From assembly GCA_963749075.1 (NCBI GenBank), contig CAVVLJ010000014.1, positions 1 through 64,000 of the forward strand: a stretch of 64,000 nucleotides of DNA. Direction: 5' to 3'. Shown here in pieces: positions 30,011 to 42,536 of this stretch. The number at the start of each line of letters is the position of its first letter. The first letter of the stretch is position 1. A program made the translations under genes and the position numbers. The notes under the pieces are model-generated. The model worked only from the letters and a program-made list of their open reading frames with translations, was not told where the DNA came from and made no database searches. This stretch comes from an uncultured Pseudomonadota bacterium. Its GTDB lineage: Bacteria; Pseudomonadota; Alphaproteobacteria; JACZXZ01.

Positions 30011-31792
30011 ATGAATGTTTTCAACGAGATTCGCGATCTCGTTCAGGCCGAGCTCGAAGCCCTGGCAAAGGCCGGCAAGCTGCCGGCCGGGCTCGATTGG
30101 GGGCACCTCTCGGTCGATCCACCGCGCGAGGCCGGCCATGGCGAGCTCGCGACCAACGCCGCCATGGTGCTGGCGCGCGAGGCCAAGATGGCGCCGCGCG
30201 CGCTCGGCGAGCTCCTGGCCGAGCGCCTGCGCGCGCATCCACTCCTGGCCGCCGTCGAGGTGGCGGGGCCCGGCTTCGTCAATCTCACCCTTGTGCCCGC
30301 CGCCTGGCATGCGGCGCTCGCGGCACTCCTCGGCCGTGGCTCCGACTACGGCCGCTCGGAGACGGGCAAGGGCGAGATCGTCAACGTCGAGTATGTCTCG
30401 GCCAATCCGACCGGACCGCTCACGGTGGCGCACGCGCGTGGTGCGGTGTTCGGCGACGCGCTCGCCTCCCTTCTCGCTTTTGCCGGCTACCGGGTGGTGC
30501 GCGAGTATTACATCAATGACGCGGGACAGCAGATCGAGCAGTTGGCCTATTCGGCCTATGCGCGCTATCTCGAGGCGCTCGGCGAGGCGATGAGCGAGGA
30601 TGTCTTCGCTGAGCGCTTCCCCGGCCGCAGCTGGGAATACCAGGGGGATTACCTGAAGCCGGTCGGCCGGGCGCTCGCCGAGAGCCGCGGCCGGGCGCTC
30701 CGGCATGTGGCGGAGGAGGCGTGGCTCCCCGAGGTGCGCGAGTTCACGGTCGCGCGCATGATGGAGCTCATCAAGGCGGACCTCGAGGCGCTCGGCATCC
30801 ACCAGGACGTCTTCACCTCCGAGCGCCGCGACATCGTCGAGACGGGCAAGGTCGAGGAGGCGCTGGCCGAGCTCGGGCGCCGCGGCCTCCTCTATACCGG
30901 CGTGCTCGAGCCGCCCAAGGGCAAGCTGCCCGAGGACTGGGAGCCGCGTCCCCAGACGCTCTTCAAGGCGACCGCCTTCGGCGACGCCACGGACCACGCG
31001 CTCAGGCGCTCGAACGGCGCCTGGACCTATTTCGCCTCCGACATCGCCTACCACTGGGACAAGTTCCGCCGCGGGGCGCGCAAGATGATCGACGTGTGGG
31101 GCGCCGATCACGGCGGCCACATCAAGCGCATGCAAGCGGCCGTGCGCGCGATCACCGGCGGCGAGGGCACGCTCGAGGTGAAGATCTGCCAGCTCGTCAC
31201 GCTCCTGCGCGAGGGCCAGCCGGTCAAGATGTCGAAGCGCGCCGGCACCTTCGTCACCTTGCGCGAGGTGGTGGACGACGTCGGCAGGGGCGTCGTGCGC
31301 TTCATCATGCTGACGCGCAAGAACGACGCCCCGCTCGAGTTCGACCTCGCCAAGGTGGTCGAGCAGTCGCGCGAAAATCCGGTGTTCTACGTGCAATACG
31401 CCCATGCGCGCTGCCACTCTGTGCTGCGCAATGCGCGCGCGGCCGATCCGAGTCTCGATGTTTCCCCCGAGTCGCTCGCGCGCCGCCCGCTTCAGCGCCT
31501 CGACGACTCGCTCGAGCTCGCCCTCATCCGGCTGCTCGCGGCCTGGCCGCGCCACGTCGAAGCCGCGGCCGAGGCGCATGAGCCCCATCGACTCGCGTTT
31601 TACCTCTATGATCTCGCCGCCGCCTTTCACGCGCTCTGGACGAAGGGGCGGGAGGAGCCTAGCCTGCGCTTTATCCTGGAGAGTGACGCCGAGCTGACGG
31701 CTGCGCGCTTGGCCCTCGTGCGGGCGGTCCAGCTTGTCATCGCCTCGGGGCTCTCGATCTTCGGTGTTGCGGCAGTAGAGGAGATGCACTGA
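30011..31792 (+). CDS. argS: Arginine--tRNA ligase
   Basis: [46 protein letters not shown]. Confidence 0.97.
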   Translation: MNVFNEIRDLVQAELEALAKAGKLPAGLDWGHLSVDPPREAGHGELATNAAMVLAREAKMAPRALGELLAERLRAHPLLAAVEVAGPGFVNLTLVPAAWHAALAALLGRGSDYGRSETGKGEIVNVEYVSANPTGPLTVAHARGAVFGDALASLLAFAGYRVVREYYINDAGQQIEQLAYSAYARYLEALGEAMSEDVFAERFPGRSWEYQGDYLKPVGRALAESRGRALRHVAEEAWLPEVREFTVARMMELIKADLEALGIHQDVFTSERRDIVETGKVEEALAELGRRGLLYTGVLEPPKGKLPEDWEPRPQTLFKATAFGDATDHALRRSNGAWTYFASDIAYHWDKFRRGARKMIDVWGADHGGHIKRMQAAVRAITGGEGTLEVKICQLVTLLREGQPVKMSKRAGTFVTLREVVDDVGRGVVRFIMLTRKNDAPLEFDLAKVVEQSRENPVFYVQYAHARCHSVLRNARAADPSLDVSPESLARRPLQRLDDSLELALIRLLAAWPRHVEAAAEAHEPHRLAFYLYDLAAAFHALWTKGREEPSLRFILESDAELTAARLALVRAVQLVIASGLSIFGVAAVEEMH

Positions 31793-32793
31793 TGCCATCG
31801 GAACTCGGGCCGGCCGGATCCCGCGATCCGCTCCGCGCGATCTACGAGCACGAGCACGCGCGTCCGCGCCGCTCGCGGCTCTTCACCGGTGCCGTCTCCC
31901 TGCTCATGCTCGGCGCCGTCGCCCTTCTCGTCTATTACGCCTACCAGATGGGGCTGCGCGCAGGCGCCCAGGGCCCGGCACCCCTCATCAAGGCCGAGCA
32001 GCAGCCCTACAAGGTCAAGCCGGACGAGCCGGGCGGCATGGACGTGCCCAACCAGGACAAGCTCATCTACAAGGAGGTTGCCTCCGGCGGGACGGGCGAC
32101 ACTAAGAAGCCCACCGAGCGGCTCATGCCGCCGCCCGAGACGCCGCTGCCCAAGCCGGTGACGAGCGCCCAGCCGATAACCCAGGCCGAGGCGGCACAGC
32201 CGGCCCAGCCCGCGCCCGTCCAGCCGGCAGCGGAGCCAAGTCCTGCCGATCAAGCGGCCGCAGCGGCACCTAAGGAGGCCGCGCCCAAGCAAGTGGCGCA
32301 AGGCGGCGGCCTCGAATCGCCTTCGACGCCGGCCACGTCCGGGAGCTCGAGCCAGCCGTCCGCCAAGCAGGCGGCAGCGCCGGCGCCGGTCCCGGCACCC
32401 TTTACGGCGGCGCAAGCTCCGGCAGCCTCTCCGGCGCCGGCGGGCGAGGCCGCCCCCGCCGCCAAGCCCGCGACGAAGCCGGTCGCGAGCGCTGAAAAAA
32501 CGCCGCCGCCGGCGGCAGCGCCATCCCATGCCAAGGGTGCGGGCGGCTGGCACGTCCAGCTCGGCGCCGTGCGCTCCAACGAGGAGGCGCAGCATGAGTG
32601 GGCGCGCCTCCAGGGCAAGTATCCGGATCTGCTGGGCAGCCTGACGCTCAACGTGCAGCGCGTCGATCTCGGCGGCGGCAAGGGCGTCTACTTCCGCATC
32701 CAGGGCGGCCCGGTCGGCGAGCGTGCCGACGCCAATGCGCTGTGCGACAAGCTGAAGGCTCTCCAGGTCGGATGCTTGGCGGTCAGGCAGTGA
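31792..32793 (+). CDS. SPOR-domain cell division protein
   Basis: Single TM, PLIKA...KVKP..PGGM.VP.QDK.IY, Pro/Ala linker, C-terminal VQLGA...YFRIQGGP...LCDKLK SPOR domain. Confidence 0.9.
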   Translation: MPSELGPAGSRDPLRAIYEHEHARPRRSRLFTGAVSLLMLGAVALLVYYAYQMGLRAGAQGPAPLIKAEQQPYKVKPDEPGGMDVPNQDKLIYKEVASGGTGDTKKPTERLMPPPETPLPKPVTSAQPITQAEAAQPAQPAPVQPAAEPSPADQAAAAAPKEAAPKQVAQGGGLESPSTPATSGSSSQPSAKQAAAPAPVPAPFTAAQAPAASPAPAGEAAPAAKPATKPVASAEKTPPPAAAPSHAKGAGGWHVQLGAVRSNEEAQHEWARLQGKYPDLLGSLTLNVQRVDLGGGKGVYFRIQGGPVGERADANALCDKLKALQVGCLAVRQ

Positions 32794-32809
32794 GCGCGCT
32801 GTCAGCACC

Positions 32810-33835
32810 TTGAGTGCCGGAGGCGAGCCGCGCGCCGCCATTCTCGGCTGCGCCGGACCGGCGCTCGGCGAGGCGGAAGGCCACTTCTTCCGCGCGTGCA
32901 ATCCGCTCGGCTTCATCCTCTTCACGCGCAATTGCGCGACGCCGGCGCAGGTGCGCACGCTGGTCGCCAGCCTGCGCGCGGCCGTGGGGCGGGAAGATGC
33001 GCCCGTGCTCATCGACCAGGAGGGCGGCCGCGTGGCGCGCCTCAAGCCGCCCCATTGGCGCGCGGCACCGAGTGCCGGTCTGCTCGGCGCCTTGGCGGAG
33101 CGCTCGATCGAGAGCGCCCGGCGGGCAGTCTGGCTCAATGCGCGCCTCATCGCAGGCGAGCTCGCCGCTCTCGGCATCACGGTCGATTGCGCGCCGGTGC
33201 TCGACCTGGCGCTTCCAGGTGCTCACGGCGTGATCGGCGACCGCGCCTTCGGCTCCGGCGCCGCGCGCGTGGCGGCACTCGGCCGCAACATGTGCGACGG
33301 CCTCGCCGCCGGCGGCGTGCAGCCGGTGATCAAGCACATTCCCGGCCACGGGCGCGCGCTGGCCAACAGCCATTTGGAGCTGCCCGAGGTCGCCGCCTCC
33401 TTGGCGGTGCTGCGCGCGGCCGACTTCGCGCCCTTCAAGGCGCTCGCCGATCAGCCCTGGGCCATGACCGCCCATGTGCGCTTCACCGCCATCGACGCGC
33501 TCGAGCCGGCGACGACCTCGCGCCGGGTCATCGCGGACGTCATCCGCGGCGAGCTCGGCTTCGCGGGCGCCCTCCTGAGCGACGACATCGGCATGCGCGC
33601 CTTGACGGGCGGTCTTGGCGAGCGCGCCGCGGCGGCACTTTCGGCCGGCTGCGACGTGGTGCTGCACTGCTCGGGCTCGCTTGCGGAAATGGAGGCGGTG
33701 ATGGCGGCAGTGCCGCCGCTCGGCGGCGCTGCGGCGTCGCGCGTCGCGGCGGCACTCGAGGCTCGCCAGGCGCCCGAAGCGCTCGACGGCGCCGCTCTCG
33801 CGGCCGAGCTTGACGCGCTTCTTAGGGCGGCGTAA
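32810..33835 (+). CDS. nagZ: Beta-N-acetylhexosaminidase
   Basis: GFILFTRN, IDQEGGRVARL, KHIPGHG, SDDIGM. Confidence 0.95.
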   Translation: MSAGGEPRAAILGCAGPALGEAEGHFFRACNPLGFILFTRNCATPAQVRTLVASLRAAVGREDAPVLIDQEGGRVARLKPPHWRAAPSAGLLGALAERSIESARRAVWLNARLIAGELAALGITVDCAPVLDLALPGAHGVIGDRAFGSGAARVAALGRNMCDGLAAGGVQPVIKHIPGHGRALANSHLELPEVAASLAVLRAADFAPFKALADQPWAMTAHVRFTAIDALEPATTSRRVIADVIRGELGFAGALLSDDIGMRALTGGLGERAAAALSAGCDVVLHCSGSLAEMEAVMAAVPPLGGAAASRVAAALEARQAPEALDGAALAAELDALLRAA

Positions 33836-33845
33836 GCGGTGCCGT

Positions 33846-34553
33846 GTGAACGCATCTTCGCTCTCCTACATCCTCTTCGAGGCGTCGGTCTGGGTGCTCC
33901 CCGTGATCATCGCGGTGACCTTTCACGAGGTCTCGCACGGGCTGGTCGCCAATTGGTTCGGCGACGACACCGCCTACCGGCTGGGCCGCGTCAACTTCAA
34001 CCCGCTGCGCCACGTCGATCCCTTCGGCACGATCGTGCTGCCGGCCATGCTGCTCCTGATCAGAGCGCCCTTCCTCTTCGGCTATGCCAAGCCTGTGCCG
34101 GTCAACTTCGCGCAACTCAACCACCCGAAGCGCGACATGATCTGGGTGGCGGCCGCCGGACCGGGCATGAACATCCTTTTGGCGCTCGTCTCGGGGCTCC
34201 TCATCCATGGCGCACCGCTGCTCCCGGGCGTGATCGCCGGCTGGACCTTTGCGAACCTAAGAAATTCTATGATTATCAATGTCGTGCTGGCTGTTTTTAA
34301 TATGCTGCCTTTGCCGCCGCTGGACGGCGGACGCGTGCTTGTCGGGCTCTTGCCGCAGCCGCTCGCGCGGCCGCTTGCGAACCTCGAGCGCTGGGGAATG
34401 TTTATTCTCATCTTCGTTCTCTTTATTCTGCCCATGCTGGGTCGCGAGCTTGGCCTCGACCTCAACTTGGTGTCGTGGCTGCTCGGCTGGCCGGCGGAGC
34501 ACATCCTAGAGACGATCCTCTGGCTCACGGGATCGGGCGGCTTCTTCAGCTGA
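33846..34553 (+). CDS. Site-2 protease family (M50) protein
   Basis: HEVSHG, VAAAGPGMN, FNMLPLPPLDGG. Confidence 0.92.
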   Translation: MNASSLSYILFEASVWVLPVIIAVTFHEVSHGLVANWFGDDTAYRLGRVNFNPLRHVDPFGTIVLPAMLLLIRAPFLFGYAKPVPVNFAQLNHPKRDMIWVAAAGPGMNILLALVSGLLIHGAPLLPGVIAGWTFANLRNSMIINVVLAVFNMLPLPPLDGGRVLVGLLPQPLARPLANLERWGMFILIFVLFILPMLGRELGLDLNLVSWLLGWPAEHILETILWLTGSGGFFS

Positions 34554-34588
34554 GCTGTTGGCGAGCGGGACAGGCGGGCCTGGCCGAG

Positions 34589-35374
34589 ATGGACATCGAC
34601 GAGAGCTTCGAGGAGGCGGCACCGGCGGTCCTCGCGCACGAGCGGCTGGTGGTCGACCTGAGCGGCTACGAGGGGCCGCTCGACATGCTTCTCGAGCTGG
34701 CGCGCCAGCAGAAGGTCGACCTCGTCCATATCTCGATCCTGGCGCTCGCCGAGCAGTACCTTGCCTTCATCGCCGGCGCGCGCGATCTGCGCCTGGAGAT
34801 CGCCGCCGATTATCTCGTCATGGCGGCATGGCTCGCCTATCTCAAGTCGCGCCTGCTGCTGCCCCGCGAGACGAGCCCCGAGGAGGAGCCGAGCGGCGCC
34901 GAGATGGCGGCCGCGCTGCGCTTCCAGCTGCAGCGGCTCGAGGCGATGCGCGAGGCGGGCGTGCGGCTCCTGGCCCGGCCGCGGCTCGGCTACGAGGTGC
35001 TGCCGCGCGGCGCCGTCGAGCGCCCCGAGGTGGTGAGGACGCCCTATTACGAGCTCACGCTCTACGATCTCTTGAGGGCCTATGCCGACCAGCAAAGGCG
35101 CAAGGCCGGGGCCATGCTGCACATCGCCCCTACCGCGCTCTATTCGATGGACGATGCCCTGCAACGGCTGCGCGACATGCTGGGCAAGGTGCCCGATTGG
35201 CAGACGCTGATGAACTTCCTGCCGCCCGACTTGAGCGGGCCGCTCGTGCTGCGCTCGGCGATCGCCGCGACCTTTTCCGCGAGCCTAGAGCTCACGCGCT
35301 CGGGCAAGGCGCAAATCCGCCAGGACCGCCCGTTCGGGCCGATCTACGTGCGGGCGCGCCGCGAGGGCGAATGA
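34589..35374 (+). CDS. scpA: Segregation and condensation protein A
   Basis: YEGPLDMLLELAR.QKVDL, AADYLVMAAWLAYLKSRLLLP, FSASLEL. Confidence 0.95.
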   Translation: MDIDESFEEAAPAVLAHERLVVDLSGYEGPLDMLLELARQQKVDLVHISILALAEQYLAFIAGARDLRLEIAADYLVMAAWLAYLKSRLLLPRETSPEEEPSGAEMAAALRFQLQRLEAMREAGVRLLARPRLGYEVLPRGAVERPEVVRTPYYELTLYDLLRAYADQQRRKAGAMLHIAPTALYSMDDALQRLRDMLGKVPDWQTLMNFLPPDLSGPLVLRSAIAATFSASLELTRSGKAQIRQDRPFGPIYVRARREGE

Positions 35375-36063
35375 ACGACCGGCACCAGCAGCTCCGCCTC
35401 GTCGAGGCGCTCCTCTTTGCCTCGGCCGAGCCGCTCGGCGAGGCGGCGCTCAAGGAGCACCTGCCGGAGGACGCGGACGTGGCCGGCCTCGTCGCCGAGC
35501 TGGCGCAGCTCTATGCCAACCGCGGCGTGCACGTGGTCGAGGTGGCAAAGAAGTGGGCGATGCGCACGGCGCCCGATCTCGCCGCCATGCTGCGCATCGA
35601 GAAGGCGGTGCCCAAGAAGCTCAACCGGGCAACGCTCGAGACGCTCGCCGTCATCGCCTATCACCAGCCGATCACCCGTCCCGAGATCGAGGAGATCCGC
35701 GGCGTCTCGCTCAGCCGCGGCTCGCTCGAGACGCTGCTCGAGGCCGGCTGGATCAGGCCCGGGAGGCGCAAGGAGGGGCCGGGCCGGCCGCTCACCTGGG
35801 TGACGACCGAGGCCTTCCTCGACCATTTTGGGCTGGCCAGCACCAAGGACCTGCCCGGCATCGAGGAGCTGCGCGCGGCGGGCCTGCTCGACAAGCGGCC
35901 GGCCATCTCCGCCTATGGTGCCGCCCTCACCGAGGAGCAGGTCGCCGAGGGGCGGGAGGCAGAGGAGACGGCGCGCGAGGAGGCCGAGAGCGAGGAGGCG
36001 AGCCTCGAGGAGCTCGAGCTCCGCGAGGAGAAGACGCGCGGTGTCACGGGCCGGGAAGAGTGA
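35371..36063 (+). CDS. scpB: SMC-Scp complex subunit ScpB
   Basis: EALLFAS, LETLAVIAYHQPITRPEIEEIRGV, GRP..W.TTEAFLDHFGL. Confidence 0.95.
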   Translation: MNDRHQQLRLVEALLFASAEPLGEAALKEHLPEDADVAGLVAELAQLYANRGVHVVEVAKKWAMRTAPDLAAMLRIEKAVPKKLNRATLETLAVIAYHQPITRPEIEEIRGVSLSRGSLETLLEAGWIRPGRRKEGPGRPLTWVTTEAFLDHFGLASTKDLPGIEELRAAGLLDKRPAISAYGAALTEEQVAEGREAEETAREEAESEEASLEELELREEKTRGVTGREE

Positions 36064-36100
36064 CCGTCCGGGACTTTTCCGAGCCCGCACAAGAGCCTAC

Positions 36101-36109
36101 ATGTATAAT
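36101..36109 (+). promoter_or_regulatory. Candidate sigma70 -10 element for tatABC
   Basis: Perfect TATAAT at 36104-36109 in a GC-rich genome, about 190 bp upstream of tatA; no clear -35. Confidence 0.4.
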
Positions 36110-36298
36110 ACGAGCTCGTGCGCCATTGCGGCGGGGTCGGGTTTTTGCCATAGTCCGGCGGAAAGAGGGGCCGTTGGCCGTCGCCCCGGACTTCGATCGC
36201 GCGGCGCAGAATCGCCGCCTTATCAATGATTTGGTATCCTAGCCTGGCGACGGGGGCGATGCCGCCGGATGACGGGCAGGCTATCGGGAGTAGAAGAC

Positions 36299-36562
36299 AT
36301 GGGTTCATTCAGCATCTGGCACTGGCTGATCGTGCTGGCCGTCGTGCTCATCCTCTTCGGCGGCGGCGGCAAGATCTCGAAGATCATGGGCGACATGGCC
36401 AAGGGCGTTAAGGCCTTCAAGAAGGGCCTCAAGGACGAGGACGAGGCGCGCGCCGACGATCCGGCACCACCCAAGCCCATCGCGTCGGCGGGCACGATCT
36501 CCGCCTCGGCGGCGCCCGGCCCCGAGCCCGTGGTGCGCCGCGACGATTCGGCGCGCGGCTGA
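36299..36562 (+). CDS. tatA: Twin-arginine translocase TatA
   Basis: [12 protein letters not shown]...LFGGG.KIS..MGD.AKG.KAFKKGL. Confidence 0.96.
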   Translation: MGSFSIWHWLIVLAVVLILFGGGGKISKIMGDMAKGVKAFKKGLKDEDEARADDPAPPKPIASAGTISASAAPGPEPVVRRDDSARG

Positions 36563-36626
36563 GACGGGGCTTGAGCGCGCCTGCGGGCCTGGCCCGCGGG
36601 CTGTGCTGCGCGGGAGCTCGCCTTCC

Positions 36627-37133
36627 ATGTTGGACTTCAGCTGGGCCCAGATCCTTCTTGTCGCCGTCGTGGCGCTGATGGTGGTGCGTCCCAAGGACCT
36701 GCCGCAGGCGCTCAAGGTGGTGGCGCAGTTCGCGCGCAAGGCGCGCGGCATGGCGCGCGAGTTCCAATCGGGCCTCGAGGAGATGGTGCGCGAGGCCGAG
36801 CTGCACGAGGTCAAGAGGGACATCGAGAACATGGCCTCGACAGATTTCGACCACGAGCTCGAGCATTCCATCGATCCGGGCGGCACCGTCGCGAAGTCGC
36901 TCGACCTCGAGGCCGAGACGGCGGCCCTCCCCGCTCCGGAATCCGATGCGGCGCTCGCCCCGCCGCCGGCAGCGGCGGAGGCCGCGGAGAGCGCAGCCGT
37001 GCCGGCGCCCGAGCCCGCCGAGGGTGCGGCAACGCCGTCTCCGTCGCCTGCCGCGGAGCCCGCACCGGCAGCAGCACCCGCCGCGGCGGCAGCGAGCGAG
37101 GCGGCGCAACCGGCACCCCTCGTCCAGCCCTGA
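36627..37133 (+). CDS. tatB: Twin-arginine translocase TatB
   Basis: MLDFSWAQILLVAVVALMVVRPKDLP...AREFQ. Confidence 0.93.
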   Translation: MLDFSWAQILLVAVVALMVVRPKDLPQALKVVAQFARKARGMAREFQSGLEEMVREAELHEVKRDIENMASTDFDHELEHSIDPGGTVAKSLDLEAETAALPAPESDAALAPPPAAAEAAESAAVPAPEPAEGAATPSPSPAAEPAPAAAPAAAAASEAAQPAPLVQP

Positions 37134-37147
37134 GCGGGTAGCGCGGG

Positions 37148-38032
37148 ATGTCCGACGGGCCGCCCGACGACAAGTCGATGCCGCTCCTCGAGCATCTCAT
37201 CGAGCTGCGCCGCCGCCTCATCTATTCCTTCACCGGCTTCATCCTCGCCTTCCTCGTCTGCTTCTACTTCTCGGGCGAGATCTTCGACTTCCTGGTGCAG
37301 CCGCTCGCCCGCCAGTTCCCGCCGAACGCGCACAAGGCGCTCATCTATACGGCGCTCCAGGAGGCCTTCTTCACCTACATGAAGGTCGGGCTCTTCGCGG
37401 CGCTCATGGTGTCCTTCCCGCTCACCGCGATGCAGCTGTGGAAGTTCGTGGCGCCTGGTCTCTACAAGCACGAGAGGCAGGCCTTCCTCCCCTTTCTTCT
37501 GGCGACGCCCGTGCTCTTCATCATGGGCGCGGCACTCGCCTATTACGTGATCATGCCGCTCGCCTGGCACTTCTTCCTGCAGTTCCAGCGTCCCTCGACG
37601 CCGGGCGACATGGCGATCGAGGCGATGCCCAAGGTGAACGAGTACCTCTCGCTCGCCATGCATCTCCTCTTCGGTTTCGGGCTCGCCTTCCAGATGCCGG
37701 TGGCGCTGACGCTCATGGCCCGCGCCGGCATGCTCGGAGCCGCCACCCTCCGGGCCAAGCGGCGCTATGCCATCCTCGGCGTCTTCGTCATCGCGGCGGT
37801 GCTGACGCCGCCCGATGTGATCAGCCAATGCTCGCTCGCCATACCGCTCATCGGGCTCTACGAGATCTCGATCATCGCGGTGGGCATGATCGAGAAGAAA
37901 CGCGCCGAGCGCGAAGCCGCGGAGGAGGAGGAAGAAGCCGACGCGCCGGGCGAGGCGAAGCCGTCCGCCGCCTCCGCGGGCGCTGCCGTAGCAACCTACG
38001 AGGACACCGATTTCAACACGGACCGGGAGTGA
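37148..38032 (+). CDS. tatC: Twin-arginine translocase TatC
   Basis: MPLLEHLIELRRRL, FVAPGLYKHE, FGLAFQMP, LTPPD. Confidence 0.96.
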   Translation: MSDGPPDDKSMPLLEHLIELRRRLIYSFTGFILAFLVCFYFSGEIFDFLVQPLARQFPPNAHKALIYTALQEAFFTYMKVGLFAALMVSFPLTAMQLWKFVAPGLYKHERQAFLPFLLATPVLFIMGAALAYYVIMPLAWHFFLQFQRPSTPGDMAIEAMPKVNEYLSLAMHLLFGFGLAFQMPVALTLMARAGMLGAATLRAKRRYAILGVFVIAAVLTPPDVISQCSLAIPLIGLYEISIIAVGMIEKKRAEREAAEEEEEADAPGEAKPSAASAGAAVATYEDTDFNTDRE

Positions 38033-38119
38033 GGTGCCGCCTGGCAGGGGCCGCACCGCCTAGCCGATAAGAGCAGCCCGAATATTTCGCGACCGGACTC
38101 GAACACGAGATCGCGTCAT

Positions 38120-38148
38120 TTGCGCCGGTCGGCCCTTGCGCCTATAAG
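38120..38148 (+). promoter_or_regulatory. Candidate sigma70 promoter for serS
   Basis: TTGCGC-N17-TATAAG. Confidence 0.5.
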
Positions 38149-38177
38149 GGCCTGCCGATCGCAAGGGTATGGCGCCC

Positions 38178-40230
<2,053 letters not shown>

Positions 40231-40234
<4 letters not shown>

Positions 40235-40887
40235 CGCTCGAGGCGCGCAAGATCCGCCTGATCATGGAGCTGCGCCGGCTGGGCATCACCGACACCCGCG
40301 TGCTGGCGGCGATCGAGCGCACGCCGCGCGAGCGCTTCGTGCCGGCACCCTTCCTCGACCAGGCCTACGAGAACGTGGCGCTGCCCATCGGCCACGGCCA
40401 GACGCTCAGCCGGCCGGTCGTGGTGGCGCTCATGACCCAGGCGCTCGAGCCCGGTCCGCGCATGAAGATCCTCGAGATCGGCACCGGCTCGGGCTACCAG
40501 TCGGCGATCCTCGCCCAGCTCTGCCGCCGCCTCTATACGGTCGAGCGGCATCGCGCACTCCTCGCCGAGGCGGAGGCGCGCTTCAAGGAGCTTCGCCTTA
40601 CCAACATCACCAGCAACTTCGGCGACGGCAGCCTGGGCTGGCCCGCGCAGGTGCCCTTCGATCGCATCCTCTTGACCGCCGCCGCGCGCGAGGTGCCGGA
40701 GCGATTGATGCAGCAGCTCCGGCTTGGGGGTATCATGGTGCTGCCGGTGGGCAGCCGGCACGGCGAGCAGCGTCTCGTGCAGGTGCTACGCTCGGCCGAA
40801 GGAAGCGAGATCAAGGACATGGGCCCCGTGCGTTTCGTTCCTCTCGTGTCAGCACCCGAGGCGCCAAGGGGGCGCCATGGTGCCTGA
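40231..40887 (+). CDS. pcm: Protein-L-isoaspartate O-methyltransferase
   Basis: LPIGHGQTLS.P, LEIGTGSGYQ, GDGSLGWP, VRFVPL; surE-pcm-nlpD synteny. Confidence 0.95.
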
Positions 40888-42145
40888 ACGAAGCATCGCG
40901 GCAGCGCGGACCGCCCTGGCCGCGGTCCTCGTGGCCTGCCTTCTCGCCGGCTGCGGCTTTCTCTCGGTTCCGGCGCCTAAGACCGCGGAGACCGTAGCCC
41001 CCCCGGCGGCCGCGGCGCCGAGCGCTGCCACGCCAGGTGCCACGGCGCCCGACATGGTGATCGTGCAGCCGGGAGACAGCGTCTACCAGATCGCACGGCG
41101 CAGCCACTCGCCGATTCGCTCCATCATCGAGGCTAACCACCTGGAGGCGCCCTACGTGCTGCGGCCCGGCGAGCAGCTCATCGTGCCCCACCCGCAGGTG
41201 CACATCGTAGAGGCCGGCGACACGCTCTACGGCATAGCCCAACGGCACAACGTCGACGCAAGCGAGCTCGTGCGCATCAACGGCCTGACGCCGCCCTATC
41301 GCTTGATCATCGGCCAGCTCCTGATCCTGCCGGCCAAGATCGTGAGCGAGCCGCCCAGCGCACCCGCCGCCGCCCAGGCGGAAGTGCAGCATGTCGAGCT
41401 CCTGCCGCCGCCGCCGGCACCCGAGGCCGAGGCGGGCAACGGCGCCGCCAAGGAAGCTCCTGCCGCGCCAGGATCGGCACCGGCCGCCGGCGGCGAGGTT
41501 GCCTCGTCAACGGAGCCGGCGTCCGGCAAGAGCGGCATTGCCGAGGTGCCGTTGCCGCCGCCGGCGCAAGAGGCTCAGCCCGCGGTTCCGGCCGAGCCTC
41601 CCGCGGCTCAGGAGAAGCCCGCGGCAGGCACCCCGCCGGCGGACGAGGATGCCGGGGAGCCGGCCGCGGCGACGCCTACGCCGCCGCCGCCGCCCGGCGC
41701 CAAGGTGGCCGCCTTGCCGCCGCAGCAGGCGGTGCCGGCGGGACCCGGCGGCGCCAGCGGCGGCCGCTTCCTCTGGCCCCTGCACGGCAAGATCCTCTCC
41801 GCCTACGGGGCGAAGGAGGGCGGCCTCGTGAACGACGGCATCAACATTGCCGCCAAGGAGGGGACGCAGGTCGTGGCCGCCGACGACGGCGTCGTGGTCT
41901 ACGCCGGCAACGAGATCCGCGGCTTCGGCAGTCTCGTGCTGATCAAGCACCAGAACGGCTGGATGACCGCCTACGCCCATAACGCGTCGCTTCTCGTGCG
42001 GCGCGGCGAAGAGGTGCGGCGCGGCCAGGCGATCGCCCGGGCCGGCGCCAGCGGCAACGTCTCGGCGCCGCAGCTCCATTTCGAGATCCGCCGCGGCTCG
42101 CACCCCGTCGATCCGATGAAATATCTCGCGGCACTGTCGAGCTGA
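40877..42145 (+). CDS. LysM + M23 peptidase-domain lipoprotein (NlpD/DipM-like)
   Basis: Lipobox LLAGC, two LysM domains (VQPGDSVY, VEAGDTLY), FLWPLHG...NDGINI...YAHN...LHFEIR. Confidence 0.92.
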   Translation: MVPERSIAAARTALAAVLVACLLAGCGFLSVPAPKTAETVAPPAAAAPSAATPGATAPDMVIVQPGDSVYQIARRSHSPIRSIIEANHLEAPYVLRPGEQLIVPHPQVHIVEAGDTLYGIAQRHNVDASELVRINGLTPPYRLIIGQLLILPAKIVSEPPSAPAAAQAEVQHVELLPPPPAPEAEAGNGAAKEAPAAPGSAPAAGGEVASSTEPASGKSGIAEVPLPPPAQEAQPAVPAEPPAAQEKPAAGTPPADEDAGEPAAATPTPPPPPGAKVAALPPQQAVPAGPGGASGGRFLWPLHGKILSAYGAKEGGLVNDGINIAAKEGTQVVAADDGVVVYAGNEIRGFGSLVLIKHQNGWMTAYAHNASLLVRRGEEVRRGQAIARAGASGNVSAPQLHFEIRRGSHPVDPMKYLAALSS

Positions 42146-42175
42146 GGGGAAGGGAGGCACTGTCCACCATTGGAT

Positions 42176-42415
42176 GGTGCCTCAGTTTGAATTGCCGCAA
42201 ACGGAGATGAGGTATCGTTCCTCTCCTCCTTCAGGAGGAGAGGAAGGGGCCCATCGCGAAGCGATGGGAAGGTGAGGAGGCCGAATGCTTGCGCGCCTCT
42301 GCGGCGGACGATGTGCCTTGCAAAGCCGCCTCCTCACCCCGACCCTCTCCTCCTGAAGGAGGAGAGGAAGATCGGCGGCGCTTCAGGTTGGAAGATTTCA
42401 AACTGAGACAGTGCC
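42176..42415. repeat. MITE-like composite: terminal inverted repeats around a palindromic REP-like core
   Basis: TG(C)CTCAGTTTGAA 42178-42191 pairs with TTCAAACTGAGACA 42397-42410; core hairpins TCCTCTCCTCCTTCAGGAGGAGAGGA and CCTCTCCTCCTGAAGGAGGAGAGG. Confidence 0.65.
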
Positions 42416-42536
42416 GTCTCTCGCGGCAAGTTCCAATCGGAGATCATGATTTCGGCGTGCGTCGGCACAAACGTCAATGAGCGTACTCGCGGCCGAGAAT
42501 GGGGTCTTGTTTCGAGCGGCGTTGGGACAGCGGCCC

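Noticed and set aside
36110-36298. sRNA or riboswitch in the tatA leader
   Set aside because: Short GC stems are present but there is no recognisable family signature or terminator.
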